64,000 nt of DNA. It comes from Planctomycetota bacterium. GTDB taxonomy: Bacteria; Planctomycetota; Phycisphaerae; UBA1845. Each line of letters opens with the position of its first letter. The first letter of the stretch is position 1. A program made the position numbers and the translations under genes. The notes below the pieces were generated by a model that worked only from the letters and a program-made list of their open reading frames with translations, searched no databases and had not been told where the DNA came from. Shown here piece after piece: positions 9,183 to 19,543 of this stretch. Where the stretch lies: the NCBI GenBank assembly GCA_038043045.1, contig JBBTCX010000101.1:373-64372 (forward strand). Reading direction: 5' to 3'.

Positions 9183-9989
9183 GTGAACCGCGCGATTGTT
9201 TTGCGATTGCGACAAGAAGCCCCCGTTACCCCGCAACCCACTTGGTTTGTAAGAAACCGGATGTTGCACACCAGAGCGGCGCGGGAACGGGCAGCCCAGC
9301 TCGCTGAAACCGCGCGGCAACATCGGACCGATGACGGTTCTTTTGACGAACACATTTGGTTCGTCGGTTTGCACACATGCGCCTATTACGCATCGGTTGG
9401 CTCGAATGAGCGACAAAATCATTACGGAAATCGCGGACTGTGGTTGGCTCGATGGTCGGACATTCGCCGATTCCTTGCGGAGAGGAACCGGGGGCTTGTC
9501 TTCTTGGTGGTGAGTCGTTTTCGCTCGGTCTGGATCGAGTCGGAAGACCTACGTGGCGAGGGAATGTTGGCGTTGGTTCGGTCGGTGGATCGATTTGATC
9601 CCTGGCGCAAGATTCGGTTTAGCACATATGCCTATAACGCCATCATTCGATCGTTGATTCGCGTTCAGCGCATCGCCCGACACCGCATGGGACAATACCC
9701 GATTCAAGACGAAGCGTCGATTGAACTGCCGACGAGACCGCCGCCGGAACTTTGGACGGATCGTTATGTGGAAAAGCTTCGGCACGTTCTTGATCGGAAT
9801 CTCGGGGAATTGACCGAGCGGGAGTCGGCCATTCTGGACAAACGATTTCCACGTGATTCGGATCGACGATTGACGCTGGAAGAAATCGGCACGCGATGTC
9901 GTCTGAGCAAAGAGCGCGTTCGTCAAATCCAGAACCGGGCTTTGGCGAAGTTGCGCGGCGTGCTTCAAATGGACCCCTCACTCCAATAG
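9183..9989 (+). CDS. sigma-70 family RNA polymerase sigma factor (group-3-like)
   Basis: Region 2 is GEGMLALVRSVDRFDPWRKIRFSTYAYNAIIRSLIR. The region 4 HTH is LTLEEIGTRCRLSKERVRQIQNRALAKLR. The ORF has a GTG start and the true start is uncertain. Confidence 0.75.
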   Translation: MNRAIVLRLRQEAPVTPQPTWFVRNRMLHTRAARERAAQLAETARQHRTDDGSFDEHIWFVGLHTCAYYASVGSNERQNHYGNRGLWLARWSDIRRFLAERNRGLVFLVVSRFRSVWIESEDLRGEGMLALVRSVDRFDPWRKIRFSTYAYNAIIRSLIRVQRIARHRMGQYPIQDEASIELPTRPPPELWTDRYVEKLRHVLDRNLGELTERESAILDKRFPRDSDRRLTLEEIGTRCRLSKERVRQIQNRALAKLRGVLQMDPSLQ

Positions 9990-10063
9990 GCCTCGTGACC
10001 GGAGCGGGAGTTTGGGAGAATGAAGTCAGTCAAGGAAATGAATTACTTGGAACACGTTGCTCA

Positions 10064-10945
10064 TTACTTGCCACAATAGTCGATGATCCGGGCGATTTCA
10101 CGGCGGAGGTCGGATCGAGAAACAATTCGATCAACGAAGCCGTGCTCCATCATGAACTCGGCGGTTTGGAATCCGGGCGGAAGTTCGGCATTGATCGTAT
10201 TGGCGATCACCCGTGGTCCGGCGAATCCGATCATCGATCCCGGTTCGGCAAGAATGACATCGCCCAAACTGGCGAAGCTGGCGGCGACGCCGGCGGTCGT
10301 TGGGTCGGTCGCGACCACGATGTACAAGCCCTTGGCATCGTCGAATCGGGCCAACGAGGAACACGTCTTGGCCATTTGGACCAAAGAAACCATTCCTTCT
10401 TGCATTCGAGCTCCGCCGGACGCGGTGACCATGACCAAAGGTAGATTTTCCTCCAACGCGCGTTCTATCGCTCGGGTGACCTTTTCGCCGACCACCGCCC
10501 CCATCGAACCCATGATGAAAAAAGGATTCATCACCCCCAAAATGACGGACCGACCGCGAATAAATCCGCGACCGATGATGACGGCTTCGGTTTCTCCGGT
10601 CGCCTCTTGTTCACGAATCAACCGCTCGGTGTAGGGAATGCGATCTTTAAATTGAAGCGGATCGGTCGAACGAAGATCGGCGTCAAACTCCTCGAAGGAG
10701 TCCGGGTCGGTCAATTGATGCACCCGAACGCGTGCGTTGACTCGGCGATGAAAACCGCATTCCGGACAAACGTGAAGGGCGTCGACCACTTCCTTTTCAT
10801 AAACCATGTGCCCGCATTTTTCGCAACGGGTCCACAACCCGGCCGGAACACCGGCGCGACCGCCTTTTACGGACAGATCAACGGGATCGTCTGAAGCTGC
10901 CGCAGCTTCGGCGAGTGCATCCGTGGGCATCGGTTGGTCGGTCAT
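10064..10945 (-). CDS. accD: acetyl-CoA carboxylase carboxyltransferase beta subunit
   Basis: It has the N-terminal zinc ribbon CEKCGHMVY...CPECGFH and a carboxyltransferase domain (GSMGAVVGEKVTRAIE...TASGGARMQEG). Confidence 0.9.
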   Translation of the reverse strand: MTDQPMPTDALAEAAAASDDPVDLSVKGGRAGVPAGLWTRCEKCGHMVYEKEVVDALHVCPECGFHRRVNARVRVHQLTDPDSFEEFDADLRSTDPLQFKDRIPYTERLIREQEATGETEAVIIGRGFIRGRSVILGVMNPFFIMGSMGAVVGEKVTRAIERALEENLPLVMVTASGGARMQEGMVSLVQMAKTCSSLARFDDAKGLYIVVATDPTTAGVAASFASLGDVILAEPGSMIGFAGPRVIANTINAELPPGFQTAEFMMEHGFVDRIVSRSDLRREIARIIDYCGK

Positions 10946-11682
10946 GAACGTTCCCCGGTTCCTGGAGTCGCCCGCGATTCAATAGCGAGTCTTTGAAGTT
11001 CCGCCCAAGCGGCTTCGCAATTCGCGGCGCCAAACACGGCCGATCCGGCGACAAAGGTATCCGCTCCAGCCGCCGACGCGAGAGCGATTGTTTTCGTATC
11101 CATGCCCCCATCAATCTCCAGCCGTTGATCCGGCCTTAATCGAGACCGAAGTTCTCGCACCTTGGGCAATACCTCGTGCATAAACGCCAGTCCGCTAAAT
11201 CCCGGCCAAACGCTCATCACCAATACCATATCCACTTTGGACAGAATGTGCTCGATAGCGATGACCGGCGTGGTCGGATTCAAGGCGACGCCGACGGATG
11301 CACCGCAATTTCGAATCTCGCCCAAGACCTCTTCCGAATCGGGAGCGACTTCGATATGAAAGGTGATGTGGTCGCATCCTGATTTGGCGAAGCTCGCGGC
11401 ATATTTCTTGGGATCGGAGATCATCAAATGAGCGTCGAAAATCATTCGGGTGTGTTTTCGCAGGGAGGAAATGACCGGCGCGCCGAAGCTGATGTTGGGA
11501 ACAAAGTGACCGTCCATGACATCCAAGTGCAAGACTTTGGCACCGGCGGATTCCACTCTCGCAACGTCGGCTTCCAATCGCGCGAAATTTGCCGAAAGCA
11601 AGGACGGCGCGACGCGAATGGCCGGTGCGGCCAGTGCGAACCCCTTTTCCCGATTGTTGGAGTTAGCGGCTTTTGTGGTCAT
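10942..11682 (-). CDS. rpe: ribulose-phosphate 3-epimerase
   Basis: VAPSLLSANFARLEADV...LHLDVMDGHFVPNISFG. It has 4-nt overlaps with both neighbours. Confidence 0.9.
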   Translation of the reverse strand: MTTKAANSNNREKGFALAAPAIRVAPSLLSANFARLEADVARVESAGAKVLHLDVMDGHFVPNISFGAPVISSLRKHTRMIFDAHLMISDPKKYAASFAKSGCDHITFHIEVAPDSEEVLGEIRNCGASVGVALNPTTPVIAIEHILSKVDMVLVMSVWPGFSGLAFMHEVLPKVRELRSRLRPDQRLEIDGGMDTKTIALASAAGADTFVAGSAVFGAANCEAAWAELQRLAIESRATPGTGERS

Positions 11683-12914
11683 GGTGCATCATCCAACACA
11701 TCCAGGGCATCAAAGGATTTGCCTTCTAAAAATTCCAGCGAGGCACCGCCACCCGTGGAAATATGCGAGATTCGATGTGCCAAACCGGCGGCATCGATTG
11801 CGGCGGCGCTATCTCCGCCACCGACAATCGTCGTCGCTCCGCGATCGGTTGCCTCAGCGACGGCTTTGGCCATCGCCATCGTCCCTCGATCAAACGGCGG
11901 AGTTTCAAACACACCCATCGGGCCGTTCCACACGATGGTTCTCGCCTTGGCCAACTCTCCCGAATAGTCCGCTACGGTTTTCGGACCGATATCCAGACCC
12001 ATGTGGTTCGCGGGAATCGAAGCATCATAGGTCATCGCTTCCGCACCTTTCTTGATCTCGGTTGCGGCGATGGAATCCACTGGTAAAAGCAGCCGGGAAC
12101 CGGCGAATGATCGAAGTTCTTTGGCCACGCCGAATAAGTCGGGTTCGCACAAGCTCTTTCCAACCTGCACGCCCTCCGCGGCCAAGAACGTGTAAGCCAT
12201 CGCTCCGCCGACCAACACCTTATCACATTTGGATAACAACGCTCGAATGACTCCGAGCTTGTCTGAGACCTTGGCTCCGCCCAGCAGAACAACAAAGGGT
12301 CTGGCCGGATTTTTCACCGCTTCGCCCAGAAAACGAAGCTCTTTTTGAATCAAATACCCGACGACGCGCGGCTTTCCCGACATGAGTTGTGGCACGGTCA
12401 GCATACTCGCGTTGTCTCGATGACAGGTTCCGAAGGCGTCGTTGACATAGACATCGGCCAGGGATGCCAATTGTCGGGCGAATGCGTATTTTCTATCACG
12501 CAGAGCGGGATCGGTTTTTGCCTTTTTGTCGGCGATGGTCTCTTCATCGTGAAACCGAAGATTTTCCAAAAGACAAACGTCGCCATCATTCAGCGAATTC
12601 ACGAGCGGAGAGATAGTCGGTCCAACACAGTCACCGGCCATCCGAACGTTTTTGGAAAGAAGTTCGCTCAGTTGCTTTGCGATGGGAGCAAGCGAATAAT
12701 TGACTTTATCGTTCGGCCCGCCTTCCGGTCGACCGAGATGACTCATCAATACAAGTCGACTGCCGCCCTGAATCAATCGTTGAATCGTCGGCAGCGCTTC
12801 TCGAATCCGACGGTCGTCGGTGATGCGACGCGTGTCATCGAGTGGCACGTTCAAATCCAACCGCACGAGCACGCGCAACCCACGAACGTCGATGTCCTCA
12901 ACCGTCTTCTTCAT
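11679..12914 (-). CDS. pgk: phosphoglycerate kinase
   Basis: Full-length PGK. Motifs include RVDLNVPL, MSHLGRP, the GGAKVSDK hinge, and the C-terminal STGGGASLEFLEGK. Confidence 0.95.
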   Translation of the reverse strand: MKKTVEDIDVRGLRVLVRLDLNVPLDDTRRITDDRRIREALPTIQRLIQGGSRLVLMSHLGRPEGGPNDKVNYSLAPIAKQLSELLSKNVRMAGDCVGPTISPLVNSLNDGDVCLLENLRFHDEETIADKKAKTDPALRDRKYAFARQLASLADVYVNDAFGTCHRDNASMLTVPQLMSGKPRVVGYLIQKELRFLGEAVKNPARPFVVLLGGAKVSDKLGVIRALLSKCDKVLVGGAMAYTFLAAEGVQVGKSLCEPDLFGVAKELRSFAGSRLLLPVDSIAATEIKKGAEAMTYDASIPANHMGLDIGPKTVADYSGELAKARTIVWNGPMGVFETPPFDRGTMAMAKAVAEATDRGATTIVGGGDSAAAIDAAGLAHRISHISTGGGASLEFLEGKSFDALDVLDDAP

Positions 12915-12929
12915 GGTCCGCTCAATAGG

Positions 12930-12958
12930 ACGGGCAAGCAGTTTTGCCGCTTGCCCGT
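12930..12958. other. perfect 10-bp GC-rich intercistronic hairpin
   Basis: ACGGGCAAGC-agttttgcc-GCTTGCCCGT. It lies between the lipoprotein gene stop (12992) and the pgk start (12914). No flanking T-tract follows on the coding (minus) strand. Confidence 0.35.
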
Positions 12959-12991
12959 TCCAAAAACTGTACCTTCCCTAGGATTTCATAC

Positions 12992-13576
12992 TCATTTATT
13001 TCTTGTCGTGGTTCCACTCCAGGAGACCACTTTCATCAGCGGGAGGTTGGTCAACGGAAAAGGAATATAGTCACGGAACGTCCACTGAAGCGTGTTGTCA
13101 TCTACGGCTTTGATGGTCCCGCGACCTACCGTGCGGAAGCCCATTTCCGTGTTTCGGCTGCATGTTCTCATGTGCCAAGTCTTGGTCTTTTCGTTATAGC
13201 GCGTCGAGCCGCATCCTGCGGTACCTACATCCTCAAACCACCAGTTGCGATACTTTTTGGCTTTGGCGTCCCACATCCATACGCCAATCCCCTCCATTTT
13301 TCCCATGTCACCCATCTCGCCGGTAAATCGCTCATGAAGCATCGTCTTGTCAGCATTGGCCCAAGTGGCTGAACTTGTGCCCGACCCCTTGATCGGTTCT
13401 TTTTCACCGAGCGCTTTCATTTCAAAGGTGCCTTGCCAATTGCCCACGAATTGCTCCAGCCGTTCCACTTCGACGGTTCGTTTCAGTTTGGGCATAGCCT
13501 CGCCGCCGGGGCAACTGCAACCGGTGGAAACGACCATGATCGCCAAAGACATCAAGAATGCACAGAACTTCCTCAT
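12992..13576 (-). CDS. lipoprotein, DUF1579-like (hypothetical)
   Basis: ORF 12992..13651. The probable start MRKFCAFLMSLAIMVVSTGC has a lipobox. The body resembles my recollection of DUF1579 (FVGNWQGTFE...KYRNWWFED). Confidence 0.5.
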   Translation of the reverse strand: MRKFCAFLMSLAIMVVSTGCSCPGGEAMPKLKRTVEVERLEQFVGNWQGTFEMKALGEKEPIKGSGTSSATWANADKTMLHERFTGEMGDMGKMEGIGVWMWDAKAKKYRNWWFEDVGTAGCGSTRYNEKTKTWHMRTCSRNTEMGFRTVGRGTIKAVDDNTLQWTFRDYIPFPLTNLPLMKVVSWSGTTTRNK

Positions 13577-13660
13577 GTTACACACTCTCCGAAAAAACCT
13601 TCGACTTGTTTCACGCATGAACGGCGTTGAGTCACCGCTCCAACCGGCCATGCGTGCTCC

Positions 13661-14707
<1,047 letters not shown>

Positions 14708-14761
14708 CTATTCCATTCCCGCGCGGATAACGTTAGACCGGTGTTTGTTTACCGTCAAGGG

Positions 14762-15796
14762 TCAGAGAATACTCAAGGGGGTGAACGTTATGGCCACGAA
14801 AAGCGCCACGGCGATGGCATAGACCAAAAGTACGATAACCTGCGAAGCAATGACCGTGGCCCACGGGCGATCGAATCGCAGGTAAAACTGATACGCCCTG
14901 GCCAAGCGGTAAGTCGCTAGCACAAAAGCAATCCCCGCCCCGTACCAAAACGCGCCGACCATCGGCCAACGCATCAGTTGCCACAACGGGTAGAAGGCCG
15001 CGAAAGTTGAAACGACAACGGCCCACCACGCCACGATGTCCCAGCAATAGACGGTACATCGGAAAACGTGCACCGTTTGAATGCTCGCTCTTTTCATGGA
15101 CCAGCGAAAAACATTCAGGGACATCGCAGCCAAGAGCGGCCACGAAAACGTGATCGTGCAGACGAGAGCGATTTCTCCAAAAACCCAATTGGATCCAGGG
15201 TAGCGTTTGAGTGACGAATAAACATCCTTCGCGACACTGAGCAACGTGGGTTGGGGCACGAACGAGTCGACCACCGCTTGGGGAGAGCCAAATTGTTTCA
15301 TTCTTTGCTTGAACCAATCGGGTGCATCTGTTCGAAAAGAGTAGAAGATGTGTTGCTGCAGCATGTTTTGCCGAGTCGTGATCGCCTGGCGCCAAGTGTC
15401 CAGCCCTTGACGGAGAAGCACGCTCACCCCGATCATCAGAATGAAACACGATACGCCCATCGCATAGACGAACAACCGCAAGCGACTCGGCTGCTGGGTG
15501 GGTAACAACCCTGACCAAAACTTTTTGGGCCTCCACCCTGCCAAGAGCGTCCTGAAAAACGACCGAATGTTCTTCTCGGGATGATGTTCAAAAAGAAAGG
15601 GATGAATCCGCTTGGCAGGATCTAAAATCTCCGACCATTCAAACCGATACCCGCACTCCGAGCATCGAGGTTCCGCTTGTCCGCGGAGATCGTAGGAACA
15701 AAGCGGACAAAGCACTTCCATTTGTAACGAATCGCCCGGACTCGGCGCTGAATCGACGGCAGGCTCCATACGTTCAATGGCCGGAGGCGATTTCAT
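14762..15796 (-). CDS. zinc-ribbon polytopic membrane protein, paralog A (unknown function)
   Basis: 344 aa. It has an N-terminal CPLCSYDLRGQAEPRCSECGYRFEW followed by several hydrophobic helices. It is colinear with the neighbouring paralog. Confidence 0.6.
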   Translation of the reverse strand: MKSPPAIERMEPAVDSAPSPGDSLQMEVLCPLCSYDLRGQAEPRCSECGYRFEWSEILDPAKRIHPFLFEHHPEKNIRSFFRTLLAGWRPKKFWSGLLPTQQPSRLRLFVYAMGVSCFILMIGVSVLLRQGLDTWRQAITTRQNMLQQHIFYSFRTDAPDWFKQRMKQFGSPQAVVDSFVPQPTLLSVAKDVYSSLKRYPGSNWVFGEIALVCTITFSWPLLAAMSLNVFRWSMKRASIQTVHVFRCTVYCWDIVAWWAVVVSTFAAFYPLWQLMRWPMVGAFWYGAGIAFVLATYRLARAYQFYLRFDRPWATVIASQVIVLLVYAIAVALFVAITFTPLSIL

Positions 15797-15837
15797 TGTC
15801 TGACTCTATTCCTTGCTCATCCTTACACTGAAAGCGT

Positions 15838-16845
15838 TCATTTCCATAGCCAGCGACCAGCCCAACACCCATATACCTGCATCGCGGTTAGGTACAGGAG
15901 CGCCACGATAATCTGCGATGAAACAACCGTGGCAATAGGTCGGTGGAACCTCAAGTACAATTTGTACGACAATGCAAGTCGATAGAGAACGATTATGACC
16001 ACGATGAAAAGTGCCCATCGTATTACAGGCTGCACACTGCCCCCGGCAAATATCCAAAACGGCCAGAACGCCACAGCAATCGCCCAAGGAACGAAAACCC
16101 AAACGACGGCATCGAAGCTGTAAATCGTGGACCGCAGAATGTGTTGGCCGCCGATTCTTGCCTTCCTCATCGACCACCTAAAGACTTGCAGCGCCAACAT
16201 GGTCAATATTGGCCAAATTGCAACGCCGACATGAAGCTCTAAAATCATCATCCAATCGCGTGATTTCCAAAAACCACCCATTCTTTGAAACACTGATTTC
16301 AGCGTCGAGTCAGGAAAGAGTGCGTTTGCGAATGCGGTGTGCGATCCGTATTGGGCGATTCCTGAAAGATACCAAGGAGGTGCATCACTTCGCCCCTGAA
16401 ACTTGGCCATGTTGGCAAGGAAGGTGCTTCGCTGTTCCACTATTTGGTATGCTGTAATGATGGTCAGTCGAGCCACGGCTACCATGCTCACTGAACCGAT
16501 TACTCCGATCGTCAACAAGTAATAAATGGTAAGCCTTCGACGGTTCACCGGCTGTACCGGATGCAAGCCAGACCAAAATTTCCTTGACCGAAGGCCGCCC
16601 ACAAGCGTTCGCCAGAATGGTCGAATCAATCGAGGTTGATATTCAAACAGGTAGGCGTGTTCTCGGAATCTCGGGTCAAGCAGTTCTGCCCACTCAAACC
16701 GATACCCGCACTCCGAGCAACGGGGTTCACTCTGCCCGCGGAGATCATACCCGCACAACGGGCACGGCAGCGGAGCATCGCCAACGGGTGCCTCCATCCG
16801 TTCGCTCAAAACCTGCTCTCGGGCGTCGGAAACATTTTCCATCAT
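15838..16845 (-). CDS. zinc-ribbon polytopic membrane protein, paralog B (unknown function)
   Basis: 335 aa. It has an N-terminal CPLCGYDLRGQSEPRCSECGYRFEW. Shared motifs with paralog A include RKFWSGL, VFRWSM.KA and YRLA..Y.LYLRF.RP.ATV.SSQ.IV. Confidence 0.6.
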   Translation of the reverse strand: MMENVSDAREQVLSERMEAPVGDAPLPCPLCGYDLRGQSEPRCSECGYRFEWAELLDPRFREHAYLFEYQPRLIRPFWRTLVGGLRSRKFWSGLHPVQPVNRRRLTIYYLLTIGVIGSVSMVAVARLTIITAYQIVEQRSTFLANMAKFQGRSDAPPWYLSGIAQYGSHTAFANALFPDSTLKSVFQRMGGFWKSRDWMMILELHVGVAIWPILTMLALQVFRWSMRKARIGGQHILRSTIYSFDAVVWVFVPWAIAVAFWPFWIFAGGSVQPVIRWALFIVVIIVLYRLALSYKLYLRFHRPIATVVSSQIIVALLYLTAMQVYGCWAGRWLWK

Positions 16846-16921
16846 GCTTGGCCAACTCCCGATTCGGTGAAGAAATCCCCCCTCGTTGCGATCCTTAATC
16901 CGTCCTCATATAACATTCCAC

Positions 16922-18436
16922 ATGTCCACGACGCCTACTATCACTACGATCAACCGGCTCGGAGAGTTCGAGGGAAAATCCGTCACCCTGCGCGGCTGGG
17001 TTTACAACACCCGCCCCAGTGGCAAACTGGTCTTCCTCATTGTCCGCGACGGCACCGGCCTTTGCCAATGCGTCCTCGAACGAAACGACGCTACTGCGGC
17101 CTTCTTTGATGAAGCCAAGAAACTAACCCAAGAAACCGCCGTCCACATTAGCGGTACTGTATCCGCAGAAGCCCGATCCGTGGGCGGCTATGAGCTTCGC
17201 GTAACGGGCCTAACTGTCGTTCATATCGCCCAAGAGTATCCCATCACTCCAAAACCCCACGGTGTTGAGTACCTGATGAAGCACCGGCATTTGTGGTTTC
17301 GATCACAAAGGCAGTGGCACATCTTGCGCATCCGGGCCACGATCGTCGATCAAATCCGGCGCTTCTTCAACGACAACGGGTTCGTCCTGATCGACACTCC
17401 GATTTTTGCTCCAGCCGCCGGGGAAGGTTCGCAAACGCTTTTCAAGGTGGACTACTTCGGCGAACCGGTTTATCTCGCACAAACGGGGCAACTCTACGTC
17501 GAAGCGGGCTGTATGGCCCACGGCAAGGTGTATTGCTTCGGTCCCACCTTCCGCGCGGAAAAAAGCAAAACCCGCCGCCATCTCACCGAATTTTGGATGG
17601 TCGAGCCGGAGATCGCTTTCGCGAGTTTGGATGATGTCATCCAGTTGGCGGAGGATTTTGTCTGTTCCCTGGTCGAACGTGTACTCCGGGATCATTTGGA
17701 TGATCTTATCGAAATCGGGCGTAATGTGGACGAACTGACCGGCATTAAAAGGCCGTTCTACCGACTCCCCTATACCGAAGCCGCCGAACTGCTGCGTAGC
17801 AGTCGGGCAAGAGAATTGCTTGAGAATGACTTGACCGAGAAGCGTCAACGGGTCGTCGAGCTGGATGAACGGATCGCCGAGTTGGAAGCTACGGCAAAGG
17901 GAAGCGGAAAACAGTGGGAAAAAGACAAAGCCGCCGCCGAAGTTATCCATGCTCGGGAGGAACGCACCGAGATCGTGGAACAGATTGGAAACATCCCCCA
18001 TCACATGGAGTTGGCGGCCAACTTTCAATGGGGCGGCGACTTGGGCGGATCCGACGAAACGATTATCTCCCGTCTCCACGATCGTCCGGTGTTTGTCACC
18101 CACTATCCGAAACAGGTCAAGGCGTTTTACATGCGACAAGACCGCTCGTATGACCGGGTGGTCGAGAATTTCGATTTGCTGGCCCCGCAAGGATTTGGCG
18201 AGATCATCGGCGGGTCCGCTCGCGAGGAAGACCTCGACCGACTCGTCCACCGCATGAACGAGGAACACCTGCCTCTCGAGGATTACGAATGGTACCTCGA
18301 TCTTCGTCGCTACGGTACGGTTCCGCACGGCGGGTTTGGTTTAGGTGTCGAGCGGACCGTCTGTTGGATTTGCAACCTCAAGCACATTCGCGAAGCCATC
18401 CCGTTCGCACGCATGATGGGCAAGTTTTATCCGTAG
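16922..18436 (+). CDS. asnS: asparagine--tRNA ligase (class IIb) with a ~60-75 aa insertion
   Basis: ORF 16886..18436, with an ATG at 16922. The OB-fold N-terminus is VTLRGWVYNTRPSGKLVFLIVRDGTG. Motif 2 is FRAEKSKTRRHLTEFWMVEPEIAF. Motif 3 is HGGFGLGVERTV. Confidence 0.88.
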   Translation: MSTTPTITTINRLGEFEGKSVTLRGWVYNTRPSGKLVFLIVRDGTGLCQCVLERNDATAAFFDEAKKLTQETAVHISGTVSAEARSVGGYELRVTGLTVVHIAQEYPITPKPHGVEYLMKHRHLWFRSQRQWHILRIRATIVDQIRRFFNDNGFVLIDTPIFAPAAGEGSQTLFKVDYFGEPVYLAQTGQLYVEAGCMAHGKVYCFGPTFRAEKSKTRRHLTEFWMVEPEIAFASLDDVIQLAEDFVCSLVERVLRDHLDDLIEIGRNVDELTGIKRPFYRLPYTEAAELLRSSRARELLENDLTEKRQRVVELDERIAELEATAKGSGKQWEKDKAAAEVIHAREERTEIVEQIGNIPHHMELAANFQWGGDLGGSDETIISRLHDRPVFVTHYPKQVKAFYMRQDRSYDRVVENFDLLAPQGFGEIIGGSAREEDLDRLVHRMNEEHLPLEDYEWYLDLRRYGTVPHGGFGLGVERTVCWICNLKHIREAIPFARMMGKFYP

Positions 18437-18731
18437 GGATGGGGCCCAGAGCCTCACAGAAACCGACGATTTTCCAACGTCGGTATTCGATCGAGGCCAT
18501 TCCGCACATGGCGAGGATGGTTGTCGCGCCGACTAGAGCGGTGGTGGCGAGGATTTTTTCTTCGAATCGGCCGATGTTGCCGCGAACCAAGCAATAGATG
18601 CCGATTGCGCCGCAGAGAGCGATGGAAGCAATGAAGCATTTCAAGAGGAGGCGGCGAGTGTGGAAGGAAAAGGATTGGGATGGACCCGAAAGGGAGTCCC
18701 CCGACGATTGTTGGCTATCATTCGTAGTCAT
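18378..18731 (-). CDS. small membrane protein (hypothetical)
   Basis: Two hydrophobic helices. Its start overlaps the pcm stop by 4 nt (ATGA coupling). Its 3' end overlaps asnS convergently by 59 nt, so the exact extent is uncertain. Confidence 0.4.
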   Translation of the reverse strand: MTTNDSQQSSGDSLSGPSQSFSFHTRRLLLKCFIASIALCGAIGIYCLVRGNIGRFEEKILATTALVGATTILAMCGMASIEYRRWKIVGFCEALGPIPTDKTCPSCVRTGWLRECA

Positions 18732-19405
18732 GATTCGTTTGTCCAGCCTTGTTGGCCTATGAGTTTGACGAAGCGGCAGGGAAGGAGAGGAGTTTCGATG
18801 GTTCGGCCTGATTTGCGGGTGGCGCGGAGGATGGTTTGTTCATCGGTGCCGCCGACGGGCATGATAAGGAGGCCGTCGGGGGCGAGTTGGTCGAGGAGCG
18901 GGCGGGGGATATGGGCGGCGGAAGCGGTGACGAGAATGCGGTCGTAGGGGGCGTGGTCCGGCCAACCGAGAGTGCCGTCGGCGACATGGTACGAGACGTT
19001 GTTGATGCCAAGGCTTGTCAGTAGATCACGGGCGTTTTGTTGCAGGTCGGGGATGCGTTCGACGGAGTACACGTGTGCGGAAAGTTTGGCGAGGATGGCG
19101 GTTTGGTAACCCGTGCCGGTGCCGATTTCAAGGACGCGGGAGGTGGGTTGCAGGTCTAGTTGTTCGGTCATGTAAGCGACGATGTAAGGTTGGCTGATGG
19201 TTTGACCCTGGCCTATGGGTAAAGCCTGGTCGTCGTAGGCGTGGGGGCGAAGTTCAGGGGGGAGGAAGCGATCGCGGGGGATTTCTTTCATGGTTTGTAG
19301 GATGCGCGGTTCGAGGATGCCGCGGTTGCGGATTTGCAGATCGATCATCTTGTTGCAGCGTTCGGTGAAGGGGTCGGGATTGAAGTGAGTGATCATGGTT
19401 GGCAC
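18728..19405 (-). CDS. pcm: protein-L-isoaspartate O-methyltransferase
   Basis: The SAM-binding motif VLEIGTGTGYQTAILA is present, and ALPIGQGQTISQPYIVAYM is typical of PCMT. Confidence 0.9.
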   Translation of the reverse strand: MPTMITHFNPDPFTERCNKMIDLQIRNRGILEPRILQTMKEIPRDRFLPPELRPHAYDDQALPIGQGQTISQPYIVAYMTEQLDLQPTSRVLEIGTGTGYQTAILAKLSAHVYSVERIPDLQQNARDLLTSLGINNVSYHVADGTLGWPDHAPYDRILVTASAAHIPRPLLDQLAPDGLLIMPVGGTDEQTILRATRKSGRTIETPLLPCRFVKLIGQQGWTNES

Positions 19406-19543
19406 TCGGTGTAGCTGATCGACCGCTCCATGTCTGTCGCGTCACTGAGCGGCGGGTAGCATCCGCACTACAATGGGATCGTAGCCGAGGCGGGTGAGGT
19501 TGGCCACGGTTGGCGTTTTGCAAGATGTACGTATTATCAAGCC

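Noticed and set aside
17303-18328. Long antisense ORF (341 aa) opposite asnS. Similar long shadow ORFs lie opposite other genes: 19650..20426, 29623..30759, 45753..46556, 14733..15536, 35521..36375, 39435..40043 and 62163..62852.
   Set aside because: Their translations are low-complexity and R/P/H-rich. They lie entirely inside well-supported genes on the other strand. This is typical stop-codon-poor antisense frames in GC-rich DNA.
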